This document shows positions 26,487 through 32,000 of a DNA stretch of 32,000 bases, piece after piece. This stretch comes from Alkanindiges sp. WGS2144. Lineage in GTDB: Bacteria; Pseudomonadota; Gammaproteobacteria; Pseudomonadales; Moraxellaceae. Under the pieces are notes generated by a model. The model was not told the origin of the DNA and ran no database searches. It saw only the letters and a list, made by a program, of their open reading frames with translations. The stretch lies in NCBI RefSeq assembly GCF_043950625.1, contig NZ_CP171007.1; one strand, written 5' to 3'. The translations under genes were made by a program, and so were the position numbers. The stretch's first letter is position 1, and every line of letters starts with the position of its first letter.

Positions 26487-28268
26487 ATGCCAATTTATAA
26501 CGCCCCACTCGCAGATATGCGCTTTGTACTCAACGACGTTTTTAAGGCTGAACAATTCTGGCAAAGCAACGCTGGTCTGTCTCACATTGACAGCGCGACA
26601 GTCGATGCCATTTTAGAAGAAATGGCCAAATTTGCCCAGAACGTGACCCTGCCGCTGAACCGTAGTGGTGATGAAGAAGGCGCAAAAATTGAAAATGGTG
26701 CCGTTACCACACCTGCTGGTTTTAAGGATGCGTTTCGCCAGTTTAGCGACGGTGGCTGGATTGGCCTGGGTGCGGATGAACAATGGGGCGGTCAGAGCAT
26801 GCCCAAAATGCTCACCGTTTTAACGGACGAGATGCTGTTTGCCACTAACCCGTCTTTTCAGTTGTATCCCTTGCTTTCTATTGGTGCTGGTATGGCATTA
26901 AACAGCTATGCCAGTGAAGAACAAAAGCAAACTTATTTGCCAAAAATTTATACGGGCGAATGGGCAGGTACCATGTGCCTGACCGAGCCGCATGCTGGCA
27001 CTGATCTGGGTATTATTAAAACCAAGGCTGAGCGTAACGAAGACGGTACTTACAACATCACCGGCACCAAGATCTTTATTACTGGTGGCGATCATGACCT
27101 CAGCGAGAATATTATTCACTTGGTATTGGCCAAAACTCCGGATGCACCAGCTGGTTCACGTGGTATTTCCCTGTTTATTGTGCCCAAGTTTTTAGTCAAT
27201 GAAGACGGCTCTCTGGGTGAGCGCAATCCGGTTGGCCCAGGTTCCATTGAACACAAAATGGGTATTAAGGCATCGGCCACTTGCGTGATGAACTTTGATG
27301 GCGCCAAAGGCTATCTGGTTGGTAAAGAAAACGAAGGGCTGGCTGCTATGTTCGTGATGATGAACTATGAGCGTCTGTCCATGGGTATTCAGGGTCTGGG
27401 CGCGTCAGAATTTGCCTACCAGAATGCCGCACAATACGCCACTGACCGTCTTCAAGGCCGTAGCGCCACTGGTGCCAAGCAGCCAGAGAAGCCAGCCGAT
27501 CCGATTCTGGTACATCCTGATGTACGTCGTATGCTATTGAATGTCCGCGCCACCAATGAAGCCTCGCGTGCCTTTGCGGTATATGTGGGTCAGCAACTGG
27601 ACATGACCAAGTTTTGTGATGACGCTGACACCACTAAAAACGCCAATGATCGCGTTGCCCTGCTCACCCCGGTTGCCAAAGCTTATTTAACCGATGTGGC
27701 GTTCCAGGCCACGCTGGATGCGCAAATGGTATTTGGCGGTCATGGCTATATTCGCGAATGGGGCATGGAGCAATGTATCCGTGACCTACGTATTTCCCAG
27801 ATTTACGAAGGCACCAATGGCGTGCAGGCGCAGGATTTGATGGGTCGTAAAGTGGTTAAAAACGGCGGTGCGTTTGTGACGACTTATCTGGCTGAAATTC
27901 GTGAATTTGCCAATGGCTTGTCCAGTGACCTGGACTTTATCAAGCAGGCCACGCTAAATGCTGCCGACAAGCTGGAAAAAGTAACCCAGTTTGTGATTGA
28001 AAAAGCAAAAGCTAATCCGGATGAAATTAATGCCGCAGCAGTAGACTATCTGCATGTGTTTGGCTTAACCAGCTTTGCTTATATGTTTGCCAAAATAAGT
28101 AGCGCGGCCAATGATAAATCGGGTGAATTTTATGCCAGCAAACTGAATCTGGCAAAATTCTTCGTAACCCGTATGCTACCCGAACTGGATGCCCGTGTTG
28201 CCAAAGTTCAGGCTGGTAGCGAAGTTGTGATGCAATTTAGCGCTGATTATTTCACTACTTATGCATAA
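26487..28268 (+). CDS. Long-type acyl-CoA dehydrogenase (FadE-like), a paralog of the upstream gene
   Basis: 593 aa with the same architecture: MPIYNAPLADMRFVLNDVF, GTMCLTEPHAGTDLG and GGHGYIREWGMEQCIRDLRISQIYEGTNGVQAQDLMGRK. Confidence 0.88.
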   Translation: MPIYNAPLADMRFVLNDVFKAEQFWQSNAGLSHIDSATVDAILEEMAKFAQNVTLPLNRSGDEEGAKIENGAVTTPAGFKDAFRQFSDGGWIGLGADEQWGGQSMPKMLTVLTDEMLFATNPSFQLYPLLSIGAGMALNSYASEEQKQTYLPKIYTGEWAGTMCLTEPHAGTDLGIIKTKAERNEDGTYNITGTKIFITGGDHDLSENIIHLVLAKTPDAPAGSRGISLFIVPKFLVNEDGSLGERNPVGPGSIEHKMGIKASATCVMNFDGAKGYLVGKENEGLAAMFVMMNYERLSMGIQGLGASEFAYQNAAQYATDRLQGRSATGAKQPEKPADPILVHPDVRRMLLNVRATNEASRAFAVYVGQQLDMTKFCDDADTTKNANDRVALLTPVAKAYLTDVAFQATLDAQMVFGGHGYIREWGMEQCIRDLRISQIYEGTNGVQAQDLMGRKVVKNGGAFVTTYLAEIREFANGLSSDLDFIKQATLNAADKLEKVTQFVIEKAKANPDEINAAAVDYLHVFGLTSFAYMFAKISSAANDKSGEFYASKLNLAKFFVTRMLPELDARVAKVQAGSEVVMQFSADYFTTYA

Positions 28269-28315
28269 ACTGATTATTCTGAATCTTTTTTAAGGTTTAG
28301 GTAGCCAGAACACAA

Positions 28316-28353
28316 AAAAGCCTGCTGATCTGATCTGACGCAGGCTTTTTTAA
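28316..28353. terminator. Probably bidirectional terminator between convergent genes
   Basis: aaaaaagcctgc (28316-28327) pairs with gcaggctttttt (28342-28353). Confidence 0.75.
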
Positions 28354-28394
28354 TGTTACGCAAAAACTGTGTATTCCAATAACCAGGCCGCTGT

Positions 28395-28742
28395 TTATAA
28401 TACCCTGATAATTCGATGATTATGGCTATTCACCTGGACAAATCGGCCATTAACCTTAAGCCATTGATGACCGCGTGGTGGCGCACTGAGCTTATATGCC
28501 TTCCAGTTATGCACCACATAACGTGGTGAATGATACACTACAGGCACATAATCACCCCGGCGCCATTGCTGCGCGGTATAGTGTTTATTGGGTTGTTTGT
28601 AGTAGTTGCGTGATTTGACCTGATGCTGCTGATTATGATAGCGGTTGTCATAATGCTTGGCTGGCGGATGTGCAAGAGAATTCAGGGATACTGTTGCCAA
28701 GGCGGTGGCTAGCAGGGTTTTCATCAATACATTGCTTTTCAT
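28395..28742 (-). CDS. RcnB/YohN-family small periplasmic protein
   Basis: 115 aa with a signal peptide (MKTLLATALATVSLNSLA). The C-terminal pattern GDYVPVVYHSPRYVVHNWKAYKLSAPPRGHQWLKVNGRFVQV is typical of the RcnB family. An alternative start is at 28724. Confidence 0.7.
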   Translation of the reverse strand: MKSNVLMKTLLATALATVSLNSLAHPPAKHYDNRYHNQQHQVKSRNYYKQPNKHYTAQQWRRGDYVPVVYHSPRYVVHNWKAYKLSAPPRGHQWLKVNGRFVQVNSHNHRIIRVL

Positions 28743-29004
28743 GATCTATTCATACCTGTTAAGTGACAAGCATTGCTGCTATACCTGCAATGTAAATGAT
28801 GCTTTGGGATAAACTGTGTATGAAGTTTAGTATTTAGCTGACTGCTCAAGCGCAACCTCAGCAATTCTCTTCACTTTTTGTTACAACAATGTCTAAAAAA
28901 CCACTTTATGAACCATGTCTTAAGCACTATTAAAACTACTCGTTGGTTTTAAATATCCCTGCGTTGGTCACAATACTTTTTTCTTGATTAATTATTGATA
29001 GTTT

Positions 29005-30519
29005 ATGACAATAAATGATGGTCAGGTCTTCGCGCGATCTGCGCAGTCTTCTGCTTTAGAAACGCGCTTTTCCCGCTTAAATAATGTTTCTTTTCATTTT
29101 AAAAAATCAGTTCAGCTTAATCTGATCGATAACCAAGCCAGTGCTGATGGACAAAGCGCCGAGCTGCAATATGCCCTTAATACCCTAAAGCAGATTGAGC
29201 ACAATGATAGCCCGGTCAATAGCCATGGGATTGACGTACTACCCGAATACCAATTTGTCAAACAGCTCATTGAACAGCAATTTCCAGTTATTTTTATGAC
29301 CGGCGGTGCTGGTACCGGCAAAAGCACTTTTATTCAATGGTTGTGTCGGCAGTATCGCGGCAAAGTATTGCTTGGCGCACCCACGGCAATGGCCGCTCTG
29401 AACGTCGGGGGAAAAACCCTGCATTCGCTATTTCAATTACCCCCCGGCTGGATTGTTAAACAGGACATCAAACAGGTTAAAAAACGCGAAGTCAAAAAAG
29501 CACAAGTACTGATTATTGATGAAATCTCCATGGTAACCTCCAACCTGCTGGACGGCATTAGTGCCTATTTACGTTTAAACCGGGGGGTTGATAAATCCTT
29601 TGGTGGCTTGACCGTGGTGATGGTGGGTGATTTATTCCAGCTACCGCCAGTAATTGATGAAAAAACCCGTGATTTATTTGTGCAGGTATACGGCAGTCCA
29701 AAATTTTATAACGCTCGCTGTTTAAAAAATACCGACTACTGTGCGATTGAATTGACCCACACCTATCGGCAAACCCAGCAGGATTTTGTACAACTACTGT
29801 GCAACATCCGGGAAGGACAGCATCTGGCAAGCAGTATTGATGAGTTAAACCAGCGCTGCCTGACTACAGGAAATCCACCGATTGGGGCGGTTTGGCTATC
29901 GCCGCGTAACAGTGAAGTTGAACAGAAAAACCAGTCTGAACTGGCCAAAATTGCCCTGCCCTTATTTATTTATACAGGCGAACTGACGGGTGAGTTTAAG
30001 TCAGACCGCCTGCCTTCGCCGCTACATTTAAAACTAAAAGTGGGAGCTCAAGTAATGTTTACTCAGAACGATCCACAGCGGCGCTGGCTAAATGGTACTG
30101 TCGGTCAGGTCACAGCACTGGATCAGGATAAAATCATGGTGAGCCTGCGCAGCACCGGAGAAAAACTGGCGGTAGAGCGAGTGGAATGGCTGGAATATCA
30201 CTACCAGTGGAATGCTACTAAACAGGAAATTGAGCGTATTGAAATAGGCAGTTATAGCCAGTTTCCGCTGGTGCTATCCTGGGCGATGACCATTCATAAA
30301 AGTCAGGGGCGCACCATAGACAAGGTGCATCTGGAGCTGGGCAAAGGCGCTTTTGAAACTGGCCAAACTTACGTGGCGTTGAGCCGCTGTCGCACTATGG
30401 AAGGGCTGTCTTTCTCGCGGCCTTTAAGGATAAACGATGTGTTTACCGACATAGAATCTACAGAATTTTATCGTTACTTACGTACCAAGAGTTTATTTAA
30501 TTATAAAAATAATATTTAA
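29005..30519 (+). CDS. Pif1-family (RecD-like SF1B) DNA helicase
   Basis: 504 aa. Walker A is GGAGTGKST and Walker B is VLIIDEISMV. The Pif1-signature-like segment is LLDGISAYLRLNRGVDKSFGGLTVVMVGDLFQLPPV. THTYRQ, MTIHKSQGRTIDKV and YVALSRCRT are also present. The first ~95 aa have no motif I recognise. Confidence 0.85.
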   Translation: MTINDGQVFARSAQSSALETRFSRLNNVSFHFKKSVQLNLIDNQASADGQSAELQYALNTLKQIEHNDSPVNSHGIDVLPEYQFVKQLIEQQFPVIFMTGGAGTGKSTFIQWLCRQYRGKVLLGAPTAMAALNVGGKTLHSLFQLPPGWIVKQDIKQVKKREVKKAQVLIIDEISMVTSNLLDGISAYLRLNRGVDKSFGGLTVVMVGDLFQLPPVIDEKTRDLFVQVYGSPKFYNARCLKNTDYCAIELTHTYRQTQQDFVQLLCNIREGQHLASSIDELNQRCLTTGNPPIGAVWLSPRNSEVEQKNQSELAKIALPLFIYTGELTGEFKSDRLPSPLHLKLKVGAQVMFTQNDPQRRWLNGTVGQVTALDQDKIMVSLRSTGEKLAVERVEWLEYHYQWNATKQEIERIEIGSYSQFPLVLSWAMTIHKSQGRTIDKVHLELGKGAFETGQTYVALSRCRTMEGLSFSRPLRINDVFTDIESTEFYRYLRTKSLFNYKNNI

Positions 30520-30566
30520 TATCAAACATATAGTTCAAAAAAGCAAATAAAGAAAAAGGTTGATAT

Positions 30567-30586
30567 TAATAATGATTCTCAATACA
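30567..30586 (+). promoter_or_regulatory. Candidate Fur box upstream of the TonB-dependent receptor
   Basis: taATAATGATtcTCAatAca matches about 13 of 18 positions of the GATAATGATAATCATTATC consensus. It lies ~90 nt upstream of the receptor ATG. Confidence 0.5.
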
Positions 30587-30677
30587 ATTAGCATCAATTT
30601 GTAATAATGCTGTATCGCATTGTAAACACCTTACGACGCAAGCTATTAACGGGGTTTTTATTTTGGAATCTTTACCA

Positions 30678-32000
30678 ATGAACTATATTGTGAGTCGCAA
30701 AAAAACCGGTCTGAAAAACGGAAAAACCATGCTGGCTTCCATGTTGTCGCTGGCTGCAGTACCTACACTTGCTGTAGCAGCAGATAGCACATCCGAAAGC
30801 GTATTACCGACGATACATATTACTGCCGAGCGTAGTGATTCTAGCAATAACCTCAAGGTTGACCAGTCTGCTAACAATAAATTTACTGCACCACTATTAG
30901 ATACCCCAAAATCTGTATCGGTTATTTCTAAACAACTGATTGAAGATACTCAAGTCACCACTTTAGCAGATGCTTTGCGTACAGTACCAGGGATTACTTT
31001 AGGGGCGGGTGAAGGTGGCAACCCAAATGGAGATCGACCATTTATTCGTGGGTATAACTCTGAAAGCTCCATATATACCGATGGTATACGTAACGCCACA
31101 TCGCAAAACCGTGAAATGTTTGCAGTTGAGCAAGTTGAGGTCACTAAGGGTTCTGCGTCTGCAATGGGTGGCGCAGGCACAACCGGCGGTAGCATCAACC
31201 TGATCTCTAAAGTAGCCAAAAGCGGCGACTTTTTAGAAGGCTCCGTGGCGGGTGGTACCGACAGCTACGCACGTATTACCCTGGATGCTAACAAAGATTT
31301 TGGCAATGGAATTGCCGCTCGTGTTGCTGTACTGGGTCATCAAAATGAAAAACCAGGTCAGTCAAATGGTACAGAATATAAACGTGCTGGTATTGCACCA
31401 AGTATTAGCTTTGGTCTGGATACACCTACCCGTGCGACGTTAAGCTATTACTATCTAAAAACTGATGATATGCCAGATTCAGGTATTCCATACCAATATG
31501 ACTCGGTCAAAAAGACAACTGTTGGTAAACCCATCAATGTAAAACAGGGGGTTTACTATGGTCTACAAGATCGCGATTTTCAAAAGCAAGAAAATCAGAT
31601 TGGTACGATCAAGTTAGAACATGACTTGACTGACACTCTCACCATTAGCAACACTGCGGTATACAGTAAATCAAATAATGATTATCTATGGACACAACCT
31701 GATGATTCAAAAGGTAATGTGCTCAATGATAAAGTTTGGCGTCGCATTAACTCACGTATCACTGATACCGACATTTTTACCGATCAACTGGCATTAACAG
31801 GTAAGTTCAATACAGGCATGCTCCAGCATAGCTTCAATGTGGGTGCAGAATATAGTGACCAGAAGTCAGATAAAGGGAATTATTTAACAACCTATCCTGG
31901 CTATGCTGATTCAACCACTGGGGGTTTTAACAGTGACTGTAAAATCAATGATGCTTGGTGCACCTCTTTAACCAATCCAAATACCAATACACCCTGGTTA
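30678..32000 (+). CDS. TonB-dependent siderophore receptor (Fiu/catecholate-type), 5' part; continues past the right edge
   Basis: Hand translation gives MNYIVSRKKTGLKNGKTMLASMLSLAAVPTLAVAADS...LPTIHITAE (TonB-box-like)...LLDTPKSVSVISKQLIEDTQVTTLADALRTVPGITLGAGEGGNPNGDRPFIRGYNSESSIYTDGIRN...VEVTKGSASAMGGAGTTGGSINLISK. The frame is open to position 32000, so it is absent from the ORF track. An alternative start is the ATG at 30729. Confidence 0.88.
   Translation, partial: MNYIVSRKKTGLKNGKTMLASMLSLAAVPTLAVAADSTSESVLPTIHITAERSDSSNNLKVDQSANNKFTAPLLDTPKSVSVISKQLIEDTQVTTLADALRTVPGITLGAGEGGNPNGDRPFIRGYNSESSIYTDGIRNATSQNREMFAVEQVEVTKGSASAMGGAGTTGGSINLISKVAKSGDFLEGSVAGGTDSYARITLDANKDFGNGIAARVAVLGHQNEKPGQSNGTEYKRAGIAPSISFGLDTPTRATLSYYYLKTDDMPDSGIPYQYDSVKKTTVGKPINVKQGVYYGLQDRDFQKQENQIGTIKLEHDLTDTLTISNTAVYSKSNNDYLWTQPDDSKGNVLNDKVWRRINSRITDTDIFTDQLALTGKFNTGMLQHSFNVGAEYSDQKSDKGNYLTTYPGYADSTTGGFNSDCKINDAWCTSLTNPNTNTPWL

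Noticed and set aside
30683-31443. Short ORFs in the track (30683-30877-, 30950-31219-, 31009-31203+, 31252-31443+).
   Set aside because: They all lie within or antisense to the long open frame of the TonB-dependent receptor, which is missing from the track only because it has no stop codon inside the window.
1-32000. I scanned all listed ORFs for cas genes, integrases, transposases, toxin-antitoxin pairs and tRNA or rRNA genes.
   Set aside because: None was recognisable by motif. The only mobile- or defence-flavoured elements are the orphan CRISPR array and the Pif1-like helicase, so no defence island or mobile element is claimed.

Overview
The window looks like a chromosomal segment from an Acinetobacter-like (Moraxellaceae) gammaproteobacterium; this assignment rests on gene content and synteny only. 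Most of it is ordinary core metabolism. On the minus strand: the secA 5' end, a tightly packed trpA-accD-folC-SPOR(DedD-like) block, and trpF-trpB followed by a DUF1543 gene. On the plus strand: a 1-Cys peroxiredoxin, a cobalamin riboswitch with btuB, a PduO-type adenosyltransferase, a GDPD phosphodiesterase, an acyl-CoA desaturase, selO, two tandem FadE-type acyl-CoA dehydrogenases, and a Fur-box-preceded catecholate-type TonB receptor that runs off the right edge. A BaeSR-like two-component pair lies on the minus strand. About 6.2 kb of mixed-orientation accessory genes separates trpB from trpA: an NhaC-family transporter, an O-methyltransferase, DUF2804, an AraC regulator and a PF10118-like hydrolase. 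The most unusual element is an isolated type I-F-like mini-CRISPR array at 11410-11557. It has three 28-nt repeats, two 32-nt spacers, an exact 60-nt period, an AT-rich leader and a degenerate terminal repeat. It sits directly downstream of trpFB-DUF1543, and no cas gene is present anywhere in the 32 kb. Other points worth a second look are a stand-alone Pif1-family helicase with an unassigned N-terminal region (29005-30519), an in-frame 54-nt tandem-repeat expansion in the SPOR-domain protein, and a ~740-bp gene-free region upstream of the fadE paralogs. I saw no tRNA or rRNA genes, transposases, integrases or obvious toxin-antitoxin pairs.
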